A stretch of 64,000 nucleotides of DNA from positions 549 to 64,548 of the forward strand of contig DASWDU010000011.1 in assembly GCA_036395115.1 (NCBI GenBank). Reading direction: 5' to 3'. The stretch comes from Thermoplasmata archaeon. GTDB taxonomy: Archaea > Thermoplasmatota > Thermoplasmata > RBG-16-68-12. How positions within the stretch are numbered: position 1 is the first letter of the stretch; the number at the start of each line of letters is the position of its first letter. Below are positions 19,328-29,416 of this stretch, in pieces. A program made the translations under genes and the position numbers. The notes under the pieces were generated by a model. That model ran no database searches. It saw only the letters and a list, made by a program, of their open reading frames with translations, and had not been told where the DNA came from.

Positions 19328-19897
19328 TCAGACGTCCGGCGGGCCGCCCCAACGCGGACCCAAGCCGTGCTCGACCCCGAGGTGGTCGAGGATCCGCGCG
19401 ACGACGAAGTCGACGAGGTCGTCGATCCGCTTCGGCTTGCCGTAGAACCCCGGAGAGGCAGGGAGGATCACGACGCCGAGGCGCGCGAGTTTGAGCATGT
19501 TCTCCAGCGTCACGGCGCCGAGCGGCGTCTCCCTCGGCACGAGGATGAGCGTCCTCCGCTCCTTCATCGCGACGGCCGCGGCCCGCGTCACGAGGTTGTC
19601 CGCGATGCCCGTGGCGATTTTCGCGAGGGTCGTGCCGCTGCATGGGACGACGACGAGGGCACGGAAGGGATGCGATCCGGACGCGGGTCCGGCCGCGAGA
19701 TCGTCCCCGGTATAGATCGTCCGGGCGCCCGCGGCGAACTCTTTGACAGAGAGCCCCGCCTCGACGTCGATGACGGCCTCCGCGTCTCGCGTCACGATGA
19801 GGTCCGCGCGGTCGCCGAGGGCCTCGATTAGTCGACGGGCGTACACGACGCCGGAGGCTCCAGTGACGCCCAGCAGGATTCGGGACTCCGGGCCCAC
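19328..19897 (-). CDS. ubiX: Flavin prenyltransferase UbiX
   Basis: GVTGASG, ASGS, PCSGTTLAKIATGIADNL, KERRTLILVPRETP, PGFY. Confidence 0.93.
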   Translation of the reverse strand: MGPESRILLGVTGASGVVYARRLIEALGDRADLIVTRDAEAVIDVEAGLSVKEFAAGARTIYTGDDLAAGPASGSHPFRALVVVPCSGTTLAKIATGIADNLVTRAAAVAMKERRTLILVPRETPLGAVTLENMLKLARLGVVILPASPGFYGKPKRIDDLVDFVVARILDHLGVEHGLGPRWGGPPDV

Positions 19898-20069
19898 GCC
19901 GGCGGAAGAGGCTCGGCGTGCGGATGAAGGTTCCGCGCCGGGCTATCGCCGTACGGCCATGCCGACGAGGCCAGGAAGCGGTTCCTTGGCAGGTGCGTCA
20001 TCTTCATCGCGGGAGGCGGCTGTAGGCGGCGGGGCGAAAAGAGTAACTTCTCTGGAGGAATTTCCGGGC

Positions 20070-20579
20070 GTGCCTCGCGTGCGCGTCCGTCGCGCGACCC
20101 TGAAGGACTTGGACCTCCTCGTCCGCCATCGGCGCGGGATGTGGGAGGCGGTCGCCGACCTGTCCGTGCGCGATCTCGACGCCGCAGACCGCGTGTACCG
20201 ACGCTGGGCCCGGGCGCGCATCCGTTCCGGGCGGCTCGTTGCTTTCATCGTCGAGCAGGATGGCGTGGCGGTGGCGAGCGGCTGCGTGTGGATCATGGCG
20301 GTCCAGCCGAGACCGCTCTGGAAAGGCACCCGCGCCGCGTATCTCTTATCGATGTTCACTGAGCCGAGCCACCGCGGCCGAGGGCACGCGACACGGGTCG
20401 TCCGCGCCGCCGTCCGCTGGGCGAAAGCGCGGGGAATCGACGTGATGCTCCTCCACGCGTCTCGGTTCGGCGAGCCGATTTACCGGAAGGAAGGTTTCGA
20501 GCCAACCACGGAGATGCGGCGCTTTCTCTCCACGCAGCGCCGCCGACGCCTGCCGAACCCGTCTCCGGCCTCCCGGTAG
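20070..20579 (+). CDS. GNAT family N-acetyltransferase
   Basis: AYLLSMFTEPSHRGRGHA acetyl-CoA motif and LHAS..GEPIYRKEGF; start uncertain. Confidence 0.85.
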   Translation: MPRVRVRRATLKDLDLLVRHRRGMWEAVADLSVRDLDAADRVYRRWARARIRSGRLVAFIVEQDGVAVASGCVWIMAVQPRPLWKGTRAAYLLSMFTEPSHRGRGHATRVVRAAVRWAKARGIDVMLLHASRFGEPIYRKEGFEPTTEMRRFLSTQRRRRLPNPSPASR

Positions 20580-20794
20580 TTTCCTCCGGTGGGAGCACGC
20601 AACCTTCGTGTGAGCGAGAATTCGTATTGCAAGCCATGGAAGCGGAGTGGTTTCGCCGTCGTTCGCTCCCCATAGCATGCCGGAGCTCCGAGTCTTGGCA
20701 GAGTGACGTTAACCAGTCAGAAAGGTCTCGGCGTCCCTGGAGGGACCCTTCCTCCGTTAATGCGGGCCGGTTGCCACACAGGGCCATGCTGCTG

Positions 20795-21280
20795 TTACGC
20801 CTTGGTAACGGACGTGATTGTGAGGTTCGACCTGTCCGTGCTCGGGCAGGGCCATCCGCCGTGGTCGGGCCCGTTCACCGAGCTGCTTCTCGTAATTTGA
20901 GAACCCAACGGTACGAAATACTGATTCTTTCCCGCGGAATCGCCGTTCACGTAAAACATCACGCTAGCGAAGCCATTTGCATTGCCCGTGTTGACCAGAG
21001 TGAATGTCCACCTGAATGTGTAGTAATATGGACCGAAGAGGCCGCAGCCCGACTGTGTGTATGCGGCGTCAGTCAAGGTGATCTTGGGCGTGGCTGCAGA
21101 TTGCTGTGCGAGCGGGATTCCGAATCCCCAAGCCAATCCCACGATGACAACAGCAACTATGGCAATTACGACGTAGCGAGCAATGTGGCTCGGCCTCAGC
21201 GGCGCTCGTGGGACGTCGGGCGGCGGCGGTTGTTCGTACGGTGGCTCATAAGGTGGCTCCGAAGGTCCAGAAGGCTGCAT
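20795..21280 (-). CDS. Hypothetical membrane-anchored protein (Pro-rich N-terminus, one TM, extracellular beta domain)
   Basis: PSEPPYEPPYEQPPPP, TM YVVIAIVAVVIVGLAWGF, FTLVNTGNANG; GGAGGAG RBS upstream; lower GC than flanks. Confidence 0.65.
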   Translation of the reverse strand: MQPSGPSEPPYEPPYEQPPPPDVPRAPLRPSHIARYVVIAIVAVVIVGLAWGFGIPLAQQSAATPKITLTDAAYTQSGCGLFGPYYYTFRWTFTLVNTGNANGFASVMFYVNGDSAGKNQYFVPLGSQITRSSSVNGPDHGGWPCPSTDRSNLTITSVTKA

Positions 21281-21523
21281 CTCCTCCTCCGGAGTGTATC
21301 GCGACGCGGTGTACTCAATGGTTTCGGTCGTTTCGCGGCGAGGGAAAACGGCTCACAATCAAGCTGCACCACAAGACGGACCGAGCTTCGCTCTCGTGCC
21401 ACGGTGGGAACGCATTCAAGACCTTGCGACCGAGTGCGGCAATGATGCTATGCGACAATTCCCCGCCCCAAGCCTTCATATACGACCTCGATTTATGAAG
21501 CCCGAATTCACCGAGTGTCGACG

Positions 21524-21988
21524 ATGACGACCGCCTACGACGTGCCTCCCGCCCTCTTGATTGAGCGGCTGAAGGACCACCTGCAGAAGGAGGGCAAGAT
21601 CAAGCCGCCGGAGTGGGCCGCGTTCGCCCGCACGGGGGTGCATACGGAGAAGGCGCCGACCCAGAGCGACTGGTGGTATCGGCGAGTCGCGGCGGTCCTC
21701 CGAAAAGTCTACCTCCGAGGGCCCGTCGGCACGACGCGCCTCGCGGCGGAGTTCGGCGGGCGCCGGGACGATGGCTCCGCCCCCTACCATCCGCGGCGCG
21801 GGTCGCGGTCGATCGCACGGGAGGCGATGCAGCAGCTCGAGTCGATGGGCCTGCTCGCGAAGACGGACAAGCGGGGCCGCTCGATCAGCCCCCAGGGCCG
21901 GAAACTCCTCGACGCCTTGTCCCACGAGATCCTGAAGGAGCTCGCCGTGACGATGCCGGAGCTGGCGAAGTACGCCGGAGGGCCCTGA
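21524..21988 (+). CDS. rps19e: 30S ribosomal protein S19e
   Basis: [38 protein letters not shown]. Confidence 0.96.
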   Translation: MTTAYDVPPALLIERLKDHLQKEGKIKPPEWAAFARTGVHTEKAPTQSDWWYRRVAAVLRKVYLRGPVGTTRLAAEFGGRRDDGSAPYHPRRGSRSIAREAMQQLESMGLLAKTDKRGRSISPQGRKLLDALSHEILKELAVTMPELAKYAGGP

Positions 21989-21991
21989 TCG

Positions 21992-22327
21992 ATGTCGTTG
22001 GACGACGACGAGCTCGAGGCGATCCGCCGGAGGAAGCTGCAGGAACTGCAGCAGGCCCAGGTCCAAGCCGCGGCGGACCAGCAGTACCGGGACCAGATCC
22101 AGGCCCAGCGACAGCAGATCATGCGGCAGATCCTGACGCCGGAGGCACGGGAGCGACTCGGCCGCATCGAGCTCGCCTATCCGGAGCTGAAGGAGAGCAT
22201 CGAGAACCAGCTCATCGCGCTCGCCCAGAGCGGACGCGTGCAGCGCGCGATCGACGACGCGACGTTGCGGCAGATCCTGGAGCGCGTGATCCCGCGGAAG
22301 CGGGACATCAAGATCGAGAGGCGCTGA
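21992..22327 (+). CDS. PDCD5-like dsDNA-binding protein
   Basis: [27 protein letters not shown]; conserved position between S19e and L39e. Confidence 0.92.
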   Translation: MSLDDDELEAIRRRKLQELQQAQVQAAADQQYRDQIQAQRQQIMRQILTPEARERLGRIELAYPELKESIENQLIALAQSGRVQRAIDDATLRQILERVIPRKRDIKIERR

Positions 22328-22329
22328 CG

Positions 22330-22485
22330 ATGGCCCGCAACAAGCCGTACGCAAAGAAGCTGCGGCTCCTGAAAAAGGTGAAGGCGAACCGTCGCGTGCC
22401 CGCATGGGTGATCCAGCGGACGAAGCGGAACTTCACGCGGCATCCGAAGCGCCGCTCGTGGCGCCGCAACAAGCTGAAGGCGTGA
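22330..22485 (+). CDS. rpl39e: 50S ribosomal protein L39e
   Basis: [13 protein letters not shown]...NRRVPAWV...[13 protein letters not shown]. Confidence 0.95.
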   Translation: MARNKPYAKKLRLLKKVKANRRVPAWVIQRTKRNFTRHPKRRSWRRNKLKA

Positions 22486-22488
22486 GCC

Positions 22489-22752
22489 ATGGCGGAGCAG
22501 GAAGAGGAACGCATCATGGTCGTGCCCCTCAGGGCCGCCTGGGCGGCCTCCCGGACGAAGCGCACGCCCCGGGCGATCAAGGCGATCCGGGAGCACGTGC
22601 AGCGGCACCTCAAGCCGGACCGCATCTTCATCGACGACGTGCTGAACGAATACCTATGGAAGCGGGGCCGCGAGCACCCGCCGCGCCGCATCCGCATCAA
22701 GGCGATCAAATTCGAGGACGGGTCCGCCGTCGTGAGTCTGCCGGAGGATTGA
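22489..22752 (+). CDS. rpl31e: 50S ribosomal protein L31e
   Basis: ERIMVVPLR, RAIKAIREHV, LNEYLWKRG.EHPPRRIR. Confidence 0.95.
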   Translation: MAEQEEERIMVVPLRAAWAASRTKRTPRAIKAIREHVQRHLKPDRIFIDDVLNEYLWKRGREHPPRRIRIKAIKFEDGSAVVSLPED

Positions 22753-22761
22753 GGGACCTAT

Positions 22762-23415
22762 TTGCTCCGCCGGCTCGACATCGCAGGGAACCCCTACATC
22801 GGAGTTTTCTGCGCGGCGAACGACGAGCTGCTCCTGGTCGCCCCCGACGTCCCGAAGTCCGCGATCCGCCGCATGGACGAGGCGCTCCAGACGACGCACG
22901 TCGTCACGTCCGTCGCCCACTCGACCGTCGTTGGTTCGCTCGTCGCGATGAACTCGAAGGGGATCCTCGCCTCCCCATTCATCGAAGAGGCCGAGCTCGA
23001 TGCGATCGGGGACGCCGTGTATCCGCTCCCGCACCGGCTGAGCGCGGTGGGCAACAACATCCTGTCCAACGACCACGGCGCCGTCGTGCATCCGAACTAT
23101 GACGACGAAGCGGTCGCATTCATCCACAAGTCGCTCGGCGTGCCGGTCGTACGCGGGACGATCGCCGGGATCAAGACGGTCGGCTCGGTTGCCGTCGCGA
23201 CGAACAAGGGCGTCCTATGCCATCCGCATGCGCGACCTGGCGAGCTCGAACTCCTCAAGTCGACGCTCCAAGTCCCCGTGCACATCACGACGGCGAACTA
23301 CGGCGCGGCGCAGGTCGGCGCGTCCATGGTCGCGAACGCGCACGGTGCGGTCGTCGGCTCCCGGACCACGCCGATTGAGCTCGGGCGAATCGAGGAAGGC
23401 CTCGGGTTGTTCTAG
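22762..23415 (+). CDS. eif6: Translation initiation factor 6 (aIF6)
   Basis: GNPYIGVF, VGSLVAMNSKG, GNNILSNDHGAVVHP, TTPIELGRIEE; TTG start. Confidence 0.95.
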   Translation: MLRRLDIAGNPYIGVFCAANDELLLVAPDVPKSAIRRMDEALQTTHVVTSVAHSTVVGSLVAMNSKGILASPFIEEAELDAIGDAVYPLPHRLSAVGNNILSNDHGAVVHPNYDDEAVAFIHKSLGVPVVRGTIAGIKTVGSVAVATNKGVLCHPHARPGELELLKSTLQVPVHITTANYGAAQVGASMVANAHGAVVGSRTTPIELGRIEEGLGLF

Positions 23416-23700
23416 CTCACGGGTTCCTGATCGTCTGAGATTCTGTCACGTTCGCGGATGGTGGCCTTCGTTGGCCGCCTCTATGGTCGTATCGGGGAGA
23501 GGTCGGCGGATGTGAGAATCCGGACGGAGCTGCCACCACATTGGCTTCCGGTGCAAGGGCGGCGGTCCGCGGGTATGGAGTCGGAATGCGTCGCCTATCC
23601 TCGTGGATGAGTAGACTATCTGCCCTTGTGACCACCGGGCTTTGTGACAACAATCGTCCGACAAGTTTGATATATCAAGGGACGGGTAAGCAAGGCGTCC

Positions 23701-24798
23701 ATGAAGACGCTCGTCCTCTGCGTGGATCGAGACGACGACATCGGGGCGAAGACGGGGCTCCGGGGTCCGATCGTCGGGCGCGATGCGAACTTGGCCGCGG
23801 CCATGCGGCTCGCGATCGCCGACCCGGAGGATTCCGACGTCAACGCGCTCTTCAGTGCGATTTCGATTTTCGACGGTTACTGGAGGGAGAATCCGGACGC
23901 CGAGATCGCGACGATCTGCGGCGATGTGCACGTCGGCACGGTGTCGGATATCGAGCTGACGCGGCAGCTCGATCAGATCCTCCGGGACCTCCGCCCGGAG
24001 CGCGTGTTCCTCGTGTCCGACGGTGCGGAGGACGAGGCGTTCGCCCCGATCATCAGCTCCCGGATCCGGGTCGACCACGTGCGTCGCGTGTACGTGCGGC
24101 AGACGCCCACGGCGGAGTCGCTCTACTACACGCTCGGGCGGCAACTGAAGAATCCGAGGGTGCGACGGAAGATCGTCGCCCCGCTGGGCTTCGTCCTGCT
24201 CTTGTTCGGGGCGATCTACTTGGCGTGGCCCACCGCGGCGGGGGGCTTGGCGCTGCTCCTGGCCGGCTTCTACCTGATCGTGATCTCGTTGCCCGTCAGC
24301 AGCTTCCGGGATGTCTTCGAGAAGGGCGGTCACTACTACCAGCGCGTGCGGGATTCCGTCGCCTCCGGAGAACTGGCGATTTTCTTCAACGTGTCCGCGC
24401 TCATCTTGATCCTCGTGGGCGTGTTCTTCGGCGCCGATCTCGCGAGTCGCTCGGGCGAGACGTCGTACGTGGCGAGGTTCCTCTCGTTCGTCTTCGGGTC
24501 GGTCTGGTTCTTCGTCATCGGCGCGCTGGCTTTCGAAGGCGGGAAGGTGATCGACGCCTACCTGAAGCGGCGCCGGGCGCCGGGTCACGCGCTCGCCGTC
24601 GCGGTCTCGTTCGTCGCGATGGGCCTCCTCGTCCTGGGGATGACCCAGATCCTGCAGACAATCTTAGCCGGGTACAACCCCGCCGCCTCGCTCCCCCTGA
24701 TCTACTTGAGCATCGGGCTCGCCGTATTCCTGGTCGCGGTGACGGGTCTCTCGTACCGGAGCCGCGAGGAACGGAAAGATCGACCTGAGGACGGTTAG
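23701..24798 (+). CDS. DUF373 family membrane protein
   Basis: MKTLVLCVDRDDDIGAKTG, DPEDSDVNALF, VSDGAEDE followed by multiple TMs. Confidence 0.85.
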   Translation: MKTLVLCVDRDDDIGAKTGLRGPIVGRDANLAAAMRLAIADPEDSDVNALFSAISIFDGYWRENPDAEIATICGDVHVGTVSDIELTRQLDQILRDLRPERVFLVSDGAEDEAFAPIISSRIRVDHVRRVYVRQTPTAESLYYTLGRQLKNPRVRRKIVAPLGFVLLLFGAIYLAWPTAAGGLALLLAGFYLIVISLPVSSFRDVFEKGGHYYQRVRDSVASGELAIFFNVSALILILVGVFFGADLASRSGETSYVARFLSFVFGSVWFFVIGALAFEGGKVIDAYLKRRRAPGHALAVAVSFVAMGLLVLGMTQILQTILAGYNPAASLPLIYLSIGLAVFLVAVTGLSYRSREERKDRPEDG

Positions 24799-24814
24799 CG
24801 CCGCCGGGGTTCCG

Positions 24815-25462
24815 ATGGACTTCGAGGCGTGGGAGCCGTTTTACGTCCAGATCTTGAAGGACTTCGGCTTTTCCCGGGACGCCGACGAGGCCGTCGCGGC
24901 CGAGCTGGACCGGATCTTGACGGGGACGCGCGCGGCGGACGCCGATCTGCGGCGCCTGATTCGGGGCAAGGAGGTGACGGTCGCCGGGAACGGCCCGAAC
25001 GTCGAGGACGAAATCGCCGACGCCCAGGGGGTCCTCGTGGCCGCGGACGAGGCCACTTCGGTCGCGCTCGCGTCGGGAAGGCTCCCGTCCGTCCTCGTCA
25101 CGGACCTCGACGGGACCGTCTCGGACCAGGTGAAGGCGAACCAGGAGGGGACCGTCGCGGTCGTGCACGGCCATGGGGACAACGGGCCCGCCGTGCGGGA
25201 ATGGGCCCCCCGTTTCTCCGGCCCGACGGTGGCGACCACGCAGTCGCGGCCCGCCGGCGGGCTCCGCAACTTCGGCGGCTTCACGGACGGCGACCGGGGG
25301 GTCTTCCTGGCGGACCATTTCGGCGCCCGGCGGATCCACCTCGTCGGGTTCGACTTCGAGCGTCCCAACGCGAAGGACACGGACCGCCGGATGAAGCAGC
25401 GGAAGCTCGACTGGGCGTACGTCCTGCTGAGCAGCCTGGACCGCGACGACCTCGCACTCTAG
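24815..25462 (+). CDS. mptE: 6-hydroxymethyl-7,8-dihydropterin pyrophosphokinase (MptE-like)
   Basis: WEPFY..IL.DFGF, VTDLDG, HGHGDN, NFGGFTDGDR, LVGFDF, KLDWA. Confidence 0.85.
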   Translation: MDFEAWEPFYVQILKDFGFSRDADEAVAAELDRILTGTRAADADLRRLIRGKEVTVAGNGPNVEDEIADAQGVLVAADEATSVALASGRLPSVLVTDLDGTVSDQVKANQEGTVAVVHGHGDNGPAVREWAPRFSGPTVATTQSRPAGGLRNFGGFTDGDRGVFLADHFGARRIHLVGFDFERPNAKDTDRRMKQRKLDWAYVLLSSLDRDDLAL

Positions 25463-26905
25463 TCACGTCGACCCGCGGGCCTTCGCGGTCCGCCAGCTGA
25501 GGATCGGATCGCGGGCCGCCTGCACCTCATCGACGCGCGCCACCGACGTGTTGTGCGGCGCGCCGTGCAGGGTCTCGGGGCTCTCGCCGACGATCTTCGT
25601 GAGCGCGTCGACGAAGCCGTCGAGCGTCTCCATCGTCTCCGTCTCCGTGGGCTCGATCATCAACGCCTCCTCGACGAGGTGCGGGAAGTAGACGGTCGGC
25701 GGGTGGTATCCGAAGTCCATGAGCCGTTTCGCGAGGTCGACGGTCCGCACGCCGCGCGACGCGAGCTTCGCGGCGCTCGCGACGAACTCGTGCTTCCGCA
25801 GCCCGCCGAACGGCACGTCGAGCACGCCTTGCAGCCGGTGCCGCACGTAGTTCGCGTTCAGGACCGCGTGGTCCGAGACCTCCCGCAATCCGTCGGCGCC
25901 CATCCGCAGGATGTACGCGTACGCGCGCACGAGAAGGGCGAAGTTACCGTACCATGCGCGGACCTTCCCGATCGACTTCGGACGGTCGTAGTTCAGATGG
26001 TAGCCGCGCCCGTCGAGGCCGATGACCGGCACCGGGAGGAATGGCTCGAGCGGGCCGCGCACCCCGACGGGCCCGGCGCCGGGTCCGCCGCCGCCGTGCG
26101 GCGTCGTGAACGTCTTGTGGAGGTTGAAGTGCACGATGTCGAAGTTCATCTTCCCCGGGGAAGTCCGGCCGAGGATCGCGTTGAAGTTCGCTCCGTCGTA
26201 GTACAAGAGCCCGCCCGCGTCGTGCACGACCTCTGCGATGTCGAGGACGCGGTCCTCGAAAATGCCAAGCGTGTTCGGGTTCGTGAGCATGAACGCGAGC
26301 GTCTTCTCACCCGCAGCGGCCTCGAGCGCCTTCAGGTCGACGCGGCCGTCCTTCGAGGGGATTTCAACGATCTCGAAGCCGAGCATGCCGGCCGATGCGA
26401 AGTTCGTCCCGTGCGCCGTGTCCGGCAGGATGACTTGATGCCGCTCCTCCCCGCGGTCTCGGTGGTACGCCTGCGCGAGGAGGAGGCCCGTGTACTCGCC
26501 TTGCGCGCCGGCCGCCGGTTGGAGCGTGACCGCGTCCATGCCTGCGATCCGCGCGAGCATGTCCTGCAGCTCGTAGAGGAGGCGGAGCGCCCCCTGCATC
26601 GTCGCCTCGTCTTGGTCCGGGTGCATCCGCGCGACGGCCGGGAGGGCCGCGAGCTCTTCCGTGAACTTCGGGTTGAACTTCATCGTGCACGAACCGAGCG
26701 GATAGAAGCCCGTGTCGATCCCGAAGTTCATCTGCGACAACCGGGTGTAATGCCGCACGACCTCATGTTCGGGGAGGTTCGGAATCCCGAGCCGCTCTCG
26801 GCGGAGGTTCGGCGGGACCAGGTCGGCGACGTCGACCCGATCGTCCGGGGCGGACCGCTTCTCGAGGAGGAGGGGCTCGTCCCAGTAGGCTTGCCGGAAG
26901 CTCAC
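25463..26905 (-). CDS. gcvPB: Glycine dehydrogenase (decarboxylating) subunit 2
   Basis: YPLGSCTMKFNP, QPAAGAQGE, HFNLHKTFTTPHGGGGPG, IEPTETE; GTG start overlaps the gcvPA stop. Confidence 0.95.
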   Translation of the reverse strand: MSFRQAYWDEPLLLEKRSAPDDRVDVADLVPPNLRRERLGIPNLPEHEVVRHYTRLSQMNFGIDTGFYPLGSCTMKFNPKFTEELAALPAVARMHPDQDEATMQGALRLLYELQDMLARIAGMDAVTLQPAAGAQGEYTGLLLAQAYHRDRGEERHQVILPDTAHGTNFASAGMLGFEIVEIPSKDGRVDLKALEAAAGEKTLAFMLTNPNTLGIFEDRVLDIAEVVHDAGGLLYYDGANFNAILGRTSPGKMNFDIVHFNLHKTFTTPHGGGGPGAGPVGVRGPLEPFLPVPVIGLDGRGYHLNYDRPKSIGKVRAWYGNFALLVRAYAYILRMGADGLREVSDHAVLNANYVRHRLQGVLDVPFGGLRKHEFVASAAKLASRGVRTVDLAKRLMDFGYHPPTVYFPHLVEEALMIEPTETETMETLDGFVDALTKIVGESPETLHGAPHNTSVARVDEVQAARDPILSWRTAKARGST

Positions 26906-28224
26906 GCGACCGCCTCCAGGGCCTGGAGCAGGCGGTTTACGTCGTCCGCCTTTTGCCGTTCCGTCGTCGCGAACAGCGCGGAGTCGCTCAGCTCGGGGAG
27001 TTGCCGGGCGAGCGACAGCCCGCCATGGACGCCACGGGCCAAGAGGCCCCGGTGGACGGCCGAGTAGTCCCCCTTGTACCGCACGACGAATTCGTTGAAG
27101 TGCGCCCCGTTGAACACCGGCGCGGTGAAGCCCGAGATCTTGTCGATCGACGCGGCGAGCTCCTTCGCCCGGCGGATGTTCTCCGCCGCGAGCCGTCGCA
27201 GGCCGTTCGAACCTTGGACCGCTACGAACGCCGCTGCCGCGACGGCCAAGAGCGACTCGTTCGTGCAGATGTTCGACATCGCCTTCTCTCGTCGGATGTG
27301 CTGCTCCCGCGTCTGGAGAGTCATGCAGAACGCGCGGTGGCCTTTCACGTCGCGCGTGAGGCCGATCACCCGGCCCGGCATCTTCCGCACGTGCTCCTGC
27401 CGGCACGCGAAGATTCCGAGGAGGGGACCGCCGCAATTCACCGCGGTGCCGAGGGACTGGCCTTCTCCGATCACGATGTCCGCGCCGAAGTCTCCCGGAG
27501 GCCGAACGACCGCTTGCGCGATCGGATTGACGCCGACGACGAATACGGCTCCGGTGAGGGCGCGGATCTCCGCGAGCTGCTCCTCGAATCGCCCGAGGAA
27601 GTTCGGATTCTCCACGTATACGCCGCACACGGCGGGGGAGAGCGCCGCCTCCAGCTTCGTGAGGTCGAGCATGCCCGTCCCCCGGTCGTAGTCGACCTCG
27701 CGCGCCTCGACGCCCGTGCCGTTCAGGTAGTTCGCGAGGACGGCCTTGCGGTTGTGGCGCAATGCCCGCGGCACGAGGAACACGTTGCCGCCGTGGATGC
27801 GGTGCGCCATCCGCGCCGCTTCCCCGAGCGCGGTCGACGCGTCGTACATCGAGGTGTTCGCGGCGTCCATCCCGGTGAGTTCGCAAATCAGGCTCTGGTA
27901 CTCCCAGAGCGCCTGAAGGAGGCCTTGGCTCAGCTCGGGCTGGTACGGCGTGTACGCGGTGTAGAACTCGGACCGCGACGTGATCGCGCGGACGCTCGCG
28001 GGGACGAAGTGGTCGTACAGGCCGCCGCCGAGGAACGTCGGCATCTCGGCCATCGTGCGGTTCGCGGACAGGAGGGAGGTCACGTGCCGGACGACGGTCA
28101 GTTCCGGGAGGCCGTCCGGAAGATCGATCTTCGGGATGCGGACGGCGGCGGGGATGTCCGCGAAGAGGTCATCGATGCGCTGCAAGCCCATCGCTTGGAG
28201 CATCTCGTCCTCATCGGAGGGCAT
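26902..28224 (-). CDS. gcvPA: Glycine dehydrogenase (decarboxylating) subunit 1
   Basis: EFYTAYTPYQPELSQG, NTSMYD, TLQTREQHIRREKAMSNICTN. Confidence 0.95.
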   Translation of the reverse strand: MPSDEDEMLQAMGLQRIDDLFADIPAAVRIPKIDLPDGLPELTVVRHVTSLLSANRTMAEMPTFLGGGLYDHFVPASVRAITSRSEFYTAYTPYQPELSQGLLQALWEYQSLICELTGMDAANTSMYDASTALGEAARMAHRIHGGNVFLVPRALRHNRKAVLANYLNGTGVEAREVDYDRGTGMLDLTKLEAALSPAVCGVYVENPNFLGRFEEQLAEIRALTGAVFVVGVNPIAQAVVRPPGDFGADIVIGEGQSLGTAVNCGGPLLGIFACRQEHVRKMPGRVIGLTRDVKGHRAFCMTLQTREQHIRREKAMSNICTNESLLAVAAAAFVAVQGSNGLRRLAAENIRRAKELAASIDKISGFTAPVFNGAHFNEFVVRYKGDYSAVHRGLLARGVHGGLSLARQLPELSDSALFATTERQKADDVNRLLQALEAVA

Positions 28225-28277
28225 GCGGGTTCCGCTGAGAGAGGTGCCTCCTTAAAGGGTTTGGCATCGAGTGCAGG

Positions 28278-28865
28278 TCACGGAGCCGCAGCGCTGAGTC
28301 GTGTGAAATCCCGGACGAGCCGTAGGCCGGAGCCGGCTTCGATGATCGCCGCGGACCCGAACCCGATCGAGTCCTTGTAGGTCTCCGACGGGCGGTCGCC
28401 CTTGAGTTCCGAGAGGACGAGGGAGAAGAGAGTGCCGTGACCTGATACCGCGACGACGCGGCCGGGGTTGTCCGAGCCGATCGACTCGAGGCACGTCCTC
28501 GCGCGGGTCACGGCCATGCCGAGGGATTCTTTCGAGGGCGGCAAGTAATCGAGGTCCGCCCATGCGCGGGTCTCGAGGGCCTTGAACTCCGGTTGCGAGA
28601 TCCCGGATTCGTCCGGAGCCCATTCCTTGAGACACGGCCGCTTGAGGATCGGAATGTGGAACGATTCGGAGAGGACGATCGCGGTCTCGATGCTCCGGCG
28701 CAAGGGGCTCGTATAGACCCGAGTGGGCGGTGCGGTGGGCCATGCCGCCACGAGATCCTCGATCTGTCGGCGGCCTCGATCGGACAGGGGAGCTCGGTCG
28801 AAATTGGATGTGCCGAGAGGGCGCACGATTTCGCCATGACGCAGGAGGACGAGTGTCGCGTGCAT
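28278..28865 (-). CDS. Histidine phosphatase (phosphoglycerate mutase-like) family protein
   Basis: LLRHGE, TSPLRRSIETA, VSGHG. Confidence 0.82.
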   Translation of the reverse strand: MHATLVLLRHGEIVRPLGTSNFDRAPLSDRGRRQIEDLVAAWPTAPPTRVYTSPLRRSIETAIVLSESFHIPILKRPCLKEWAPDESGISQPEFKALETRAWADLDYLPPSKESLGMAVTRARTCLESIGSDNPGRVVAVSGHGTLFSLVLSELKGDRPSETYKDSIGFGSAAIIEAGSGLRLVRDFTRLSAAAP

Positions 28866-28871
28866 AGGAAT

Positions 28872-29078
28872 TCATCCGCCCGAAACGACTCCGATCACGC
28901 AGATCCGCTCCCCATCGCGGAGCGGTTCATCGATCGGGATTGGGATGTCGCCTCGGACGAGAAGGTGCGCGTCCGGCGGCAGCCGCAGAGCCTTCAGGAG
29001 ATCCTCGCCGGTCGCATCCGACTCCAAGGCCACGGCGACCTCCGTTCGGCGGGGAACGAGCTCGGCGACGATTTGCAC
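28872..29078 (-). CDS. Ubiquitin-like small archaeal modifier / MoaD-ThiS family protein
   Basis: ~68 aa beta-grasp-sized ORF ending ...DGERICVIGVVSGG (C-terminal GG); CTTAAG TATA-like box ~25 nt upstream. Confidence 0.82.
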   Translation of the reverse strand: MQIVAELVPRRTEVAVALESDATGEDLLKALRLPPDAHLLVRGDIPIPIDEPLRDGERICVIGVVSGG

Positions 29079-29173
29079 GACGCGGACCGAGGGCGGCGCC
29101 GGTCTTAAGCGTTCCTTCCTTCGCCTCCTGGTCGGAACGCTTATCCGAAGCATCGTTTTCCGGATGAACGACT

Positions 29174-29255
29174 GCCCAGGTCGCCTAGCCCGGTAGGGCG
29201 GCGGTCTCGAAAACCGCTGGGTTACCCCTCGCAGGTTCAAATCCTGCCCTGGGCG
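29174..29255 (+). tRNA. tRNA-Ser (anticodon CGA), CCA not encoded
   Basis: Acceptor GCCCAGG/CCTGGGC plus discriminator G; anticodon arm GCGGT-CTCGAAA-ACCGC; variable arm; T arm GCAGG-TTCAAAT-CCTGC. Confidence 0.93.
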
Positions 29256-29416
29256 CTTCACCCATAGACCTGGTGCCAATTTCCGTATTAGCGTTACGAC
29301 CTGCACTAAGTGGCGCCCCTGCCCCGCATACAGGCTAGGCCCCGCGCCTTCGTTTGCTTGTCTGATGGCAGGAAGCTTTAGGCGCGGGCTCCTCCATCGC
29401 GCTCCGCGTCATACAT

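Noticed and set aside
19900..20069. Possible SRP RNA fragment (GCCAGGAAGC..)
   Set aside because: Lacks the SRP helix 8 consensus and is too short for archaeal 7S RNA.
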